Notes: generated by a model from the sequence alone, not told the origin. Counted from the stretch's first letter, positions 10,326-18,434 are shown. The stretch: DNA of 32,000 nucleotides from Desulfocapsa sulfexigens DSM 10523 (GCF_000341395.1 NC_020304.1:1980001-2012000), one strand, 5' to 3'. Translations and numbers: made by a program.

Positions 10326-10357
10326 GTCGAAACAGGGTATCTGTTTCGACTTTTTTT
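10326..10357. terminator. Bidirectional intrinsic terminator between the precursor gene (+) and the cyclase gene (-)
   Basis: A perfect 10-bp stem, GTCGAAACAG-ggtat-CTGTTTCGAC, is flanked by AGAAA upstream and T7 downstream. Confidence 0.8.
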
Positions 10358-10380
10358 GTGTAAAGTGGTTTTCACCTGTC

Positions 10381-12246
10381 TTATCTTGTGGATTTTACCC
10401 ACGTCTCAAGTGCTAGTGCAAACCAAATTTCCCAGTTTTTATTCCCTCTGTGAAAGGCGTTTTCTTTAAATGCTTTTTGTTTATCATTAAGAGCAGACAG
10501 GAATTTGTCTTGTTCTATCCATCCAACTTCTGAAGATAACATCTTTTCACTTTTCTCTGTCAAACTGTAAGAGTCGAAGGCTTTTCCGAAGAAAAACGAG
10601 AAGTCTGCTTTGCTTTGTCGCTTTCGAATTAATTCTGGTAATAAATGATTCTGTTTTTGTCGTAGTATTTTTTTTATCTCTCCTTGGAGGTTGTGTTCGT
10701 ACTCTGGTACAGAGAATGAAAATTCTGCTATTCTTCGGTCAAGGAATGGTGATCTGTATTCAAGTTTTGCAATAGCATGGTATCTATCCATGGTTTCAAG
10801 GAAAAATGTATGAGTTCCCATCGCAATAATCGTGTTCTGCAAAAGGTTTCCTAGATTTGAGGAGGTTGTTCTCTGGTCGGAAAGAAGGATCTTCTCTCGA
10901 ATATTACTACGGTTGACAAAGACTGGTGAAATCCATGCAGGAAAAAGCTTATTATTCTTATTACATAGATTCCTACGAATAGCATGTGGAACCAGTGGCC
11001 ATAAAATGTTGAAGAGAAAACGTTTTATGGTATGGAGTTGGTTTTGGGAAAAGGAATAGCGTAAATGTGAAAACAGTGCTGGATACCTTTTATTTTTCAA
11101 GAGATCCAGGTATGGGAAACCAGATCCGGAAAACCACTCATCCCCACCAATGCCGGAGAGTAGAATCCTGGAACCACTATTGGTAACTTGTTTGATCAGT
11201 GCATTACGCATTGAAATATTTGGTATGTCTGGTGGTTCATACGTTTTGTGAACTTGCTTTTGCCATTGAGGTTCGTTGAAGTGTTGTGAATCTATCAAGT
11301 TTACTGAAATATTGTGCTCTTTGGAGACGGCAAGAATATACAAACTCTCGTCAAAAGGTAAGCCTGGGAAAACCATTCCATACACTACGGGGGCTGGTTT
11401 GTTTTTGAGTCTCAAAATATTGTGTGCCATGCCAACGACACATGAAGAGTCTAATCCACCGCTAAGCTCAATGCTTATGGGTGTCGAACTCCTGAGCCTG
11501 CTGGTCACTGATTTATTAAAAATCTCCAGGAAATGATTGGTGTAGTCCTCAGATTTTTTGTAATAGATTTGCTTAGTCGAGTTAAATGACCAATATCTGT
11601 GGCTGGTAAGACCTTGGTGTGAAACGGTTAGGTAGTGACCAGGAGAGAGACGATTAATCCCTTGGAACAAGGTTTCAGTTTTACTGCAAAAAGAAAAGAA
11701 GAGATATTCAGCCACCATTCCTTCGTTTGGCGATAGAATGACATCCGGATGTTCAGCCAGCTGCTTAATCTCGGAACTGAAAAGAAATTGCTCTGGAGTG
11801 AAGTGGTAATAAAATGGTTTGACTCCAATATAATCCCTGACGCAAATTAATTGTTGTTTCAGTGGATCCCACAGGGCAAAAGCAAAATCACCCAATAGGT
11901 GTAGAAATCCATCTACACCCCATTTTTTATACGTATATATTATGAGTTGGCTGTCTGGTAAGGAACTGCTTTGCCGTATACCAAGCTTGTTGAACAATTC
12001 TTCTCGGTTGTCAATTCGAGCATCGGCGGTAATTACGAGACCAGTTTCCGAGTCAGTGTGTGGTAATATTTCGGTTAGTGATTCCGGTGTAGTGTGCAGC
12101 ATGCTGTGGCCAAAGCCGATATGCTCTTGAATTAATGTATTTGTCCCGTCAGGACCACGGTGAGCACTGCTTTTCGCCATTCCTTGCAGGTGCGATGGAT
12201 TAATTGGTCGATTGTCCGAGTGATATATTCCGAAAATGCCACTCAT
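10381..12246 (-). CDS. Lasso peptide isopeptide-bond-forming cyclase (asparagine synthetase B-like; C protein)
   Basis: 621 aa with an AsnB-like fold and the PP-loop SGGLDSS. The N-terminus is MSGIFG, so Ser replaces the glutaminase Cys nucleophile. Its ATG overlaps the kinase stop (ATGA). Confidence 0.85.
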   Translation of the reverse strand: MSGIFGIYHSDNRPINPSHLQGMAKSSAHRGPDGTNTLIQEHIGFGHSMLHTTPESLTEILPHTDSETGLVITADARIDNREELFNKLGIRQSSSLPDSQLIIYTYKKWGVDGFLHLLGDFAFALWDPLKQQLICVRDYIGVKPFYYHFTPEQFLFSSEIKQLAEHPDVILSPNEGMVAEYLFFSFCSKTETLFQGINRLSPGHYLTVSHQGLTSHRYWSFNSTKQIYYKKSEDYTNHFLEIFNKSVTSRLRSSTPISIELSGGLDSSCVVGMAHNILRLKNKPAPVVYGMVFPGLPFDESLYILAVSKEHNISVNLIDSQHFNEPQWQKQVHKTYEPPDIPNISMRNALIKQVTNSGSRILLSGIGGDEWFSGSGFPYLDLLKNKRYPALFSHLRYSFSQNQLHTIKRFLFNILWPLVPHAIRRNLCNKNNKLFPAWISPVFVNRSNIREKILLSDQRTTSSNLGNLLQNTIIAMGTHTFFLETMDRYHAIAKLEYRSPFLDRRIAEFSFSVPEYEHNLQGEIKKILRQKQNHLLPELIRKRQSKADFSFFFGKAFDSYSLTEKSEKMLSSEVGWIEQDKFLSALNDKQKAFKENAFHRGNKNWEIWFALALETWVKSTR

Positions 12247-13205
12247 AGTGTGGTGTCAACTTTATTTGTTGTAGAGATTTTGATGATGGTTTTCATAATT
12301 TCTGGGAGTGATTGAATGGTGCGAGGGTATTTGAGGCGGTAAAATTGAGTTGAACTGTTTTTGATTAGTTCTGCAAGATTAGTTAATTGTGTAGTAGTTT
12401 GTTTTGAGTCTGTAATGTCCAATGGAAAACAGTGTTTGATGAGTTCGATGAGGGCTGATGCCCTTGGGATGGGTTCCAGGGAAATTGATGAGGTATTATA
12501 TTGTTGCTCAGGGTCATTTAGGAAAAATATGGTGGAAATGGGAATCGATTGCTTCTGGTTACTTTTCGAAACTGTAACTCTTCTTTTGGGGGCGTAGTGG
12601 CAGACAGCAGTGGTTTTGTTTTGTGATGCAGGAAGTAAGGTGAGGCTGTCGCTAAGAAGTCGTAAGCCCTGGTAGCTTGGAATACCTACCATGGTGGAAT
12701 TATTCGTTTCAAGAAGAAGGCAGTCGTCAGTTATCAGAGTGTGTCCCTGTCCATAAAGGTATGCAGCAAGAGTAGATTTTCCCCAACCAGATTCTCCACA
12801 GAAACCGACTAAAGAATCTCCGATTTGTACGCAACTGGCATGAATAATAAGCTGCCCTTTGTGGCTGAGTAAACGTGGAATGGTTTGGTCAAGAAGCAGG
12901 TGGCGTAGGGTGTTGTCAGGCATGCCAGTGTTGCAATATGATTTGATCTTGTTGGTTTCAGGTTCAATCTTGAAGTCGACAAGTTGTGGAAAACGGAGCC
13001 AGTAATATTCCTTTTCTTTTCCAACAGAAATGGAGATTTTTCCGTTGGACAGTCGCCAGTGATGGCGCCAGTCGATACCTGTTCTGGTAGCTTTAGAGTT
13101 GTTTGATGACTCAAAAAAAAGAGTAGGCAGGGAGTTGTCGCGTATTTGCAGTTCAGGAAGTGGGATATTGCTCTCGATGATGTGGTGAAATACTGAATAT
13201 CTCAA
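12243..13205 (-). CDS. HPr kinase-like (HprK-related) serine kinase, predicted lasso-precursor kinase
   Basis: 320 aa from a TTG start. It has the Walker A GESGWGKST within GFCGESGWGKSTLAAYL, and an N-terminus YSVFHHIIESNIPLPEL typical of HprK-related kinases. It lies between the B1 and C genes. Confidence 0.75.
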   Translation of the reverse strand: MRYSVFHHIIESNIPLPELQIRDNSLPTLFFESSNNSKATRTGIDWRHHWRLSNGKISISVGKEKEYYWLRFPQLVDFKIEPETNKIKSYCNTGMPDNTLRHLLLDQTIPRLLSHKGQLIIHASCVQIGDSLVGFCGESGWGKSTLAAYLYGQGHTLITDDCLLLETNNSTMVGIPSYQGLRLLSDSLTLLPASQNKTTAVCHYAPKRRVTVSKSNQKQSIPISTIFFLNDPEQQYNTSSISLEPIPRASALIELIKHCFPLDITDSKQTTTQLTNLAELIKNSSTQFYRLKYPRTIQSLPEIMKTIIKISTTNKVDTTL

Positions 13206-13271
13206 TGGTTTGTTGCTGCTAGAGCTGATTTGTCATCTTTGTACATAAGAGATCAAAGAATGTAATATTTT

Positions 13272-13547
13272 TTAGGAAGGGGAGATAAGCCCAGCATCCA
13301 GTAACTGTTGCAGGAGCTCAGTAATGTCAATTTCCAGCTGTTGTTTTCCTATTTCATAAATACTCAAAAGGTGGCTTACGAGACTATCAAGGTTTGAGCC
13401 ATCTTGAAGCATTTCCAGTACATGACTGCCAACATCATTGAGGCCAAAGTAGTTCTCACTTTTCATGTCGAGTAAAACTGTTTCTCCATCAATCTCCTGC
13501 CTGAGAACATCTTTTGACAATTTGTATACTTGAGTTTTTATAATCAT
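13272..13547 (-). CDS. PqqD-family RiPP recognition element (lasso B1)
   Basis: 91 aa. The segment QEIDGETVLLDMKSENYFGLNDVGSHVLEML...IDITELLQQLLDAGLI is a typical PqqD/RRE. Confidence 0.85.
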   Translation of the reverse strand: MIIKTQVYKLSKDVLRQEIDGETVLLDMKSENYFGLNDVGSHVLEMLQDGSNLDSLVSHLLSIYEIGKQQLEIDITELLQQLLDAGLISPS

Positions 13548-13679
13548 AATTTTGAAAGGAAACTTTTAATCTATATTACATGAAGTTTTTATATAAGAAT
13601 ATAGTGAGATATCGATATGTTATTTCTCTGGTGAATGCCGTCTGACCAGACTTTTACTAAATATTTTTGATGCAGTATT

Positions 13680-14129
13680 TTACCATTTGAAGACTGATAT
13701 TACCGTGTATAATTCGTGTTCAGCGGCTCCTGTTACAATCTTGCTGCCACACTGAGACCATGCATGAGCCTCTAATCCTTTGTTTGACAACTTGTCTTTT
13801 ACTATCCCAACATAGAGTACACCAGGGAGATTGTATCTGTAAAGCATTCGATGTGCTGTTAGGGCCTGTACCAGGCAAGTGCTTTTCCAGGGAGTATATA
13901 GGACGGCTCTATTTATTGCTCTACTTACCAAATGAACGCTGCTCATTTCTGTTTGGGATAGAAGAGGGAGTTGCCTGATACTTTTCTGCTGATCAAGCGA
14001 GCGCGTAAGTAGCTTGAAGGGGAGTGTTAAGAGAGCAAAACGCATAATACCAAGAATTACAAAAGCCTGTAAAAAAAGTTTTTTTTCTTCGAATGATAGT
14101 TTGTTGAATTTATGAATTTTAGTGACCAT
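13680..14129 (-). CDS. Lasso peptide biosynthesis B2 protein (transglutaminase-like Cys leader peptidase)
   Basis: 149 aa. It has the catalytic Cys context WKSTCLVQALTAHRML and the His context LEAHAWSQCGSKIVTG. Confidence 0.85.
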   Translation of the reverse strand: MVTKIHKFNKLSFEEKKLFLQAFVILGIMRFALLTLPFKLLTRSLDQQKSIRQLPLLSQTEMSSVHLVSRAINRAVLYTPWKSTCLVQALTAHRMLYRYNLPGVLYVGIVKDKLSNKGLEAHAWSQCGSKIVTGAAEHELYTVISVFKW

Positions 14130-14171
14130 TAATTTTCATAGCTCCATTAAGAGTCTCTTTGTGGATGAAAT

Positions 14172-14852
14172 TTAGTAATGTAAAAGAGAACCTTCGTTTT
14201 TTGCTACTTTTAAACCATAATAAATGGAAACAAAACCAGTCGCTAATGAAACTATAGAGAGTATGGCGAGGAATAGAAGCTGATTATGTACATCAATAAT
14301 TCCTGCCCCATTTAAGAGTATCTGGCGTATCGCCTCCAGTCCATGGGTGATTGGAAGTATCACCGAGAATGGTTTGAGCCAACCTGGTAGTACGGTTACC
14401 GGATACATTACTCCACCAAGCAATCCAGAACTCATAATCATTAACCCACCGATCGGATTACCCTGTTTGAAGACAATTATAAAAGCGGCCGAGACAAGGC
14501 CAATACCAAAAAAAGGGAGTAGTGTGAGCAGAAATGCCAGAGACAATGCGATAATGTTCACTGATTGTATCGACATATCAAAGAGGTAAATACCTACAAG
14601 AATATAAAAGAAAATTCGGAAGCTGGTGGAAAAAAGCTTGTACACATAGGAGGACAGTAAAATAGTGATGATGGATGTTGGGGTTACCAGAAGTGATTCA
14701 AGGGTACCAACAACCTGCGAGGTGCGAATTTCGTTGGCAAATGTGTTGGTAGAGATGGTGAAGTAATCTGAAAGTGCTATTCCAATGATTACAAAAGAAA
14801 AATAATCACCACCATAGGGTTCCAGTTGAGAGACTTGGTTGCCCTCAAACAT
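14172..14852 (-). CDS. ABC-2-type transporter permease, main reading frame (C-terminal 226 aa)
   Basis: It is multi-TM and hydrophobic and lies directly downstream of the ABC ATPase. The expected N-terminal segment is in a different frame (see 14789..14995). Confidence 0.75.
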   Translation of the reverse strand: MFEGNQVSQLEPYGGDYFSFVIIGIALSDYFTISTNTFANEIRTSQVVGTLESLLVTPTSIITILLSSYVYKLFSTSFRIFFYILVGIYLFDMSIQSVNIIALSLAFLLTLLPFFGIGLVSAAFIIVFKQGNPIGGLMIMSSGLLGGVMYPVTVLPGWLKPFSVILPITHGLEAIRQILLNGAGIIDVHNQLLFLAILSIVSLATGFVSIYYGLKVAKNEGSLLHY

Positions 14853-14995
14853 TTTAGATAGAAGAAAAATGAAAAGGTAGTGAGTATAATACCAAACCCC
14901 TGTGTTGCATATTGCATGCGGTAGCTGGTCGCAATTTTGAAATCCCGCTTGAAAAAAGCGAAAGGTTTTGCAAAAAGTGTTGGCCTTGCCCTCAT
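14789..14995 (-). pseudogene. N-terminal fragment of the same ABC-2 permease in another frame (apparent 1-nt frameshift)
   Basis: The sequence MRARPTLFAKPFAFFKRDFKIATSYRMQYATQGFGIILTTFSFFFYLK looks like an ABC-2 permease N-terminus plus TM1. Its ATG overlaps the ATPase stop (ATGA). A -1 shift at the CTAAAATG run (about 14850-14857) joins it to MFEGNQVSQLEPYGGDYF... Confidence 0.5.
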
Positions 14996-15819
14996 ATTGA
15001 ATTGTCCCTAGTGGTATTTATGCCTGCTCCAGCAAGTGGTGAATTCTGAAAAAAGTCAACCAGGTTGCTGAATGCCAGTTCAATGTTCTGGGAACCAGAG
15101 TCTGACATCTCTTCTAATTTTCCACTGTAAAGAACCTTTCCTTTATGGAGTATGGTCGCATGATCACATATCTCTTCAGCTTCATGGAGATTATGTGTAC
15201 ACCAGATAATAGTTTTTTGTTCCTGTCGGGCAAGGGTCTCTTTAGTGAAAGTGAGGAGCTTTCTGGTGGCAATGGGATCGAGACTGGTAGTGGCCTCGTC
15301 CATAAGGAGAACTTCTGGATCAGAAAGCATGGCTCTTGCAATTGCCAGGCGCTGTTTCTGGCCGGAAGAATAAGACATGAATCGAGAATCGGCTTTGTCC
15401 TCCATTCCAGTGAGTTGCAAGGCTTTGTTGATTCGTTCAGCCTTTACTGAGCCATGTAAATTATAGAGTGTGGCAAAAAAATCGAGATTTTCACGTCCGG
15501 TAAGCCGCCAGTAGAAAGTTCGGTCATTCGTGCTGACCAGCCCAATTTTATTTCTGATTGCCAGAGATTGTGTGGCCAGGGAGAGTCCTGAAATTGATCC
15601 TTCACCACTGTCAGGGGTAACCAGAGTGGAAAGAATTTTGATAAGTGTTGTCTTGCCGGCACCATTTGGTCCAAGTAAACCCATGATTGTTCCTTTTTCA
15701 ACTGTCAGGGAGACGTTGTCAAGAGCAAGGGTTTGACGGGGCTTGCGAAACAAAAATGTCTTCCAGTTTCGTTCAGTAAAGGTTTTTGAAATATTATGGA
15801 GCTCAATTGCTGGAAGCAT
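14992..15819 (-). CDS. ABC transporter ATP-binding protein (export/immunity component of the lasso cluster)
   Basis: Walker A GPNGAGKTT, signature YSSGQKQRL, Walker B LLMDEATTSLD, H-loop CTHNL. Confidence 0.9.
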   Translation of the reverse strand: MLPAIELHNISKTFTERNWKTFLFRKPRQTLALDNVSLTVEKGTIMGLLGPNGAGKTTLIKILSTLVTPDSGEGSISGLSLATQSLAIRNKIGLVSTNDRTFYWRLTGRENLDFFATLYNLHGSVKAERINKALQLTGMEDKADSRFMSYSSGQKQRLAIARAMLSDPEVLLMDEATTSLDPIATRKLLTFTKETLARQEQKTIIWCTHNLHEAEEICDHATILHKGKVLYSGKLEEMSDSGSQNIELAFSNLVDFFQNSPLAGAGINTTRDNSI

Positions 15820-15864
15820 ATAATTATGTCAGGAAGGTAGTGTGCGAGAAAAATGATCTGGCGA

Positions 15865-15893
15865 ATTATACGTGACAGCGAAGGGGATGTAAA
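15865..15893 (-). promoter_or_regulatory. Sigma70 promoter of the lasso maturation/export operon
   Basis: On the minus strand: TTTACA (15893-15888), a 17-nt spacer, then a perfect TATAAT (15870-15865), about 45 nt upstream of the ATPase ATG. Confidence 0.55.
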
Positions 15894-15935
15894 CAGGAAT
15901 AGGTAGATTGTAGCAAGAGCGAAGGGCAATACAAT

Positions 15936-15965
15936 CCCCCTTTTCCAAAAAAAATGAAAAGGGGG
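15936..15965 (-). terminator. Strong hairpin downstream of the ComEA-like gene (terminator-like, no clear U-tail)
   Basis: A perfect 10-bp stem, CCCCCTTTTC / GAAAAGGGGG, encloses a 10-nt A/T loop, 29 nt past the stop at 15994. Confidence 0.45.
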
Positions 15966-15993
15966 CCAGGTGATTGTCAGGTTGGTTGGAAAG

Positions 15994-16248
15994 TTACTCT
16001 ACGGTGATTTCCTTAGAGAGTTTCTCAAAAACTTTTTGACCTATCCCTTTTACCTGTACGATATCTTGGGGAGATTTGAAATTTCCATTATCTTTACGGT
16101 ACTGCACTATTGCGGCAGCTTTTGCTTCACCAATCCCGGGAAGTGTGGCCAATGTTTTCTCATCGGCGGTGTTAATGTTAATGGCAGCAATTGCTATATT
16201 TACGGTTAGGAATAAGAGGGTTAATAAGAGTAGTATCGTTTTCTTCAT
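15994..16248 (-). CDS. ComEA-family helix-hairpin-helix DNA-binding protein (secreted)
   Basis: An AAGGAG RBS precedes the ATG at 16248. It has a signal peptide (MKKTILLLLTLLFLTVNIAIAA) followed by INTADEKTLATLPGIGEAKAAAIVQYRKDNGNFKSPQDIVQVKGIG. Confidence 0.8.
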   Translation of the reverse strand: MKKTILLLLTLLFLTVNIAIAAININTADEKTLATLPGIGEAKAAAIVQYRKDNGNFKSPQDIVQVKGIGQKVFEKLSKEITVE

Positions 16249-16491
16249 GACGGTCTCCTTTTCTGTAACATTATAGTTTATAAGTACTTTCACCTGTTTT
16301 CAGAAGGGAGCCTATCATTGAGGTGCAGTCTTTGTCAAATTAAAATGTATGAAAAAAATACATACAATTTAGTGATAGGAAGTGTGTGATCTGTAGGGCG
16401 CGAAATTATTAAAAGGATGGAGAAAGTTGGCAGAAAAATAAAAATGAAAATTTATTTGTAATCGGCAAGCTTTGGCGAACAGACCAGGAAC

Positions 16492-17094
16492 TCAATGCAA
16501 AATTATTCCCCGTTCCCGTAGCTCAGCAATAATGTCATTTACACAGTCACGGAGAGGACGTGTCCCTGTGTCGAGTTCAATGTCAGGATTCTCAGGGACT
16601 TCATAGGGGGAGGAGATGCCGGTATAGTTTTTAATCTCACCTGTTCTGGCTTTTTTATACAATCCTTTAACATCACGCTCTTCACATATTTCAAGAGGGC
16701 AGTTGCAGTAAACCTCGATAAGATTTTCAGCACCAATAATCTCTTTTACCCGTTCACGATCAGCCTTTAACGGAGAAATAAAAGCGGTGAGAGAAATAAC
16801 TCCGGAATCAAGAAAAAGATTTACCATTTCAGCGATACGACGCATATTCTCACTACGATCTTCCAGGCTGAACCCAAGGTCACCACATAACCCGTGTCGA
16901 ACATTATCACCGTCAAAAACATAGGTTCTGCACCCCATCAGGTGTAATCGCTCCTCTACTGCATGGGCCAGAGTCGATTTGCCTGAGCCTGAGAGCCCGG
17001 TAAACCAGAGGTTGATACTCATGTGGCCGTTCAGGGTTTCGCGACGTGGACGGCTGACTGCTGCGCGCTGTCGGATTACATGTGGAGAGTGCAT
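16492..17094 (-). CDS. cysC: Adenylyl-sulfate (APS) kinase
   Basis: 200 aa. It has the P-loop WFTGLSGSGKSTLA, DGDNVRHGL, and FISPLKADRE. Confidence 0.9.
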   Translation of the reverse strand: MHSPHVIRQRAAVSRPRRETLNGHMSINLWFTGLSGSGKSTLAHAVEERLHLMGCRTYVFDGDNVRHGLCGDLGFSLEDRSENMRRIAEMVNLFLDSGVISLTAFISPLKADRERVKEIIGAENLIEVYCNCPLEICEERDVKGLYKKARTGEIKNYTGISSPYEVPENPDIELDTGTRPLRDCVNDIIAELRERGIILH

Positions 17095-17143
17095 GGAATG
17101 GGCTGAAGGGTTAAGGTTTTTAGGCTGAAGTAAAGGGAAAATA

Positions 17144-17362
17144 TTAATTTTGACGTAGTGAGCGGATTAGGCCGCTTAATACTTTCTCTATTTCTTCGAT
17201 TTTTGGTTCAATTGATGTTGTATCTTGTTGGTTGATAAAGCCCAAGCGTTTGGAGAGATTTACCTGATATTTTAGTTCTCGTAAAGATCCAAAGGCTATA
17301 GAGAGAAACCGAAGGTAATCCCCGACGGTCTCACGTGCACAGCCCTCAACAAAACATCTCCT
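17144..17362 (-). pseudogene. 5'-truncated relic of a four-helix-bundle protein gene (23S rRNA intervening-sequence protein family)
   Basis: My own translation of the minus strand gives (VEGCAR)ETVGDYLRFLSIAFGSLRELKYQVNLSKRLGFINQQDTTSIEPKIEEIEKVLSGLIRSLRQN*. There is no start codon, and the frame closes at a TGA (17363-17365) inside the galU 3' end. The ORF track does not list it. Confidence 0.5.
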
Positions 17363-18212
17363 TCAAATAAGGCAACAAAATATCCTTAATCTCAGGGTGT
17401 TCAAGCGCAAATGCAAGGTTCGCCATCTGAAATCCAGCCTTATCGCCACAGTCAAAGCGGGTACCTTCGAAACGATAGCCAAAAATAGGCTGTTCTTTAA
17501 GGAGTTGCGACATGGCATCTGTGAGTTGGATTTCACCCCCAGCACCTTTCCCCTGGCCACCAAGGATGTCAAATATTTTTGGAGTCAGGATATACCGGCC
17601 AATTACCGCCATATTGGATGGTGCTTCTTCAGCAGCCGGTTTCTCGATCATCCCATTTATGCGGAAGGTTGCCTCCGTTGTGGGATTAGCATCAAGAATA
17701 CCATATTTTGAGGTCTCTTCCTTTGGAACCTCAATGACTGCAACGGTAGATGCTCTCAGCCGATCAAATTCCTTAATCATTTGATAGAGTACAGGGGTCT
17801 CGCTTTTGATCAGATCGTCTGCCAGGAGAACGGCAAAGGGCTCGTCCCCGATAATATCTCTAGCACACCAGATCGCGTGGCCAAGACCTAAAGGTTCGCT
17901 CTGTCTGGTGTAAATGATAGTTCCTGACTCAGGCACAAGGGATTCGATTTCTTTTAAAAGTTCAACTTTATGACGATCTTTAAGGGTCTCTTCGAGCTGG
18001 AAGGATCGGTCAAAATGGTTTTCAAGTGCTCCCTTTCCACTGCCAGTGACAAAGATTAATTGTTCAATTCCTGACGCCAACGCCTCTTCAACCGCATATT
18101 GAATAAGAGGCTTATCGACAACGGGCAGCATTTCTTTTGGCATGGCCTTCGTCGCAGGAAGAAAACGAGTACCCAGTCCTGCAACCGGGAAGACAGCTTT
18201 TTTGACTTTCAT
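17346..18212 (-). CDS. galU: UTP--glucose-1-phosphate uridylyltransferase
   Basis: 288 aa. The N-terminus KAVFPVAGLGTRFLPATKAMPKEMLPVVDKPLIQY and the motif LLADDL are canonical GalU. Confidence 0.92.
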   Translation of the reverse strand: MKVKKAVFPVAGLGTRFLPATKAMPKEMLPVVDKPLIQYAVEEALASGIEQLIFVTGSGKGALENHFDRSFQLEETLKDRHKVELLKEIESLVPESGTIIYTRQSEPLGLGHAIWCARDIIGDEPFAVLLADDLIKSETPVLYQMIKEFDRLRASTVAVIEVPKEETSKYGILDANPTTEATFRINGMIEKPAAEEAPSNMAVIGRYILTPKIFDILGGQGKGAGGEIQLTDAMSQLLKEQPIFGYRFEGTRFDCGDKAGFQMANLAFALEHPEIKDILLPYLKEMFC

Positions 18213-18434
18213 GGAATCACCTTGGAAGTGTGTTGAAGGAATTTTCTCATAATTTGATTTGTTATTATATCATTTTAGTGAAGTTTTATAAACCTAACCA
18301 CTATAAAAAACCACAAGGGATTGTTAATTGGCAGTGATAGCGATTTTCTATTGATATTTTTCTTGCTATTATCGCATGGTTTACGGTTTGATTATGAGAG
18401 AGATTGTTAAATTCTACCCTTATCAGGAATAAAA

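Noticed and set aside
14845-14860. Programmed -1 ribosomal frameshift in the permease
   Set aside because: There is no canonical X-XXY-YYZ slippery heptamer and no obvious downstream stimulatory structure. A 1-nt indel (mutation or homopolymer error) is the simpler explanation.
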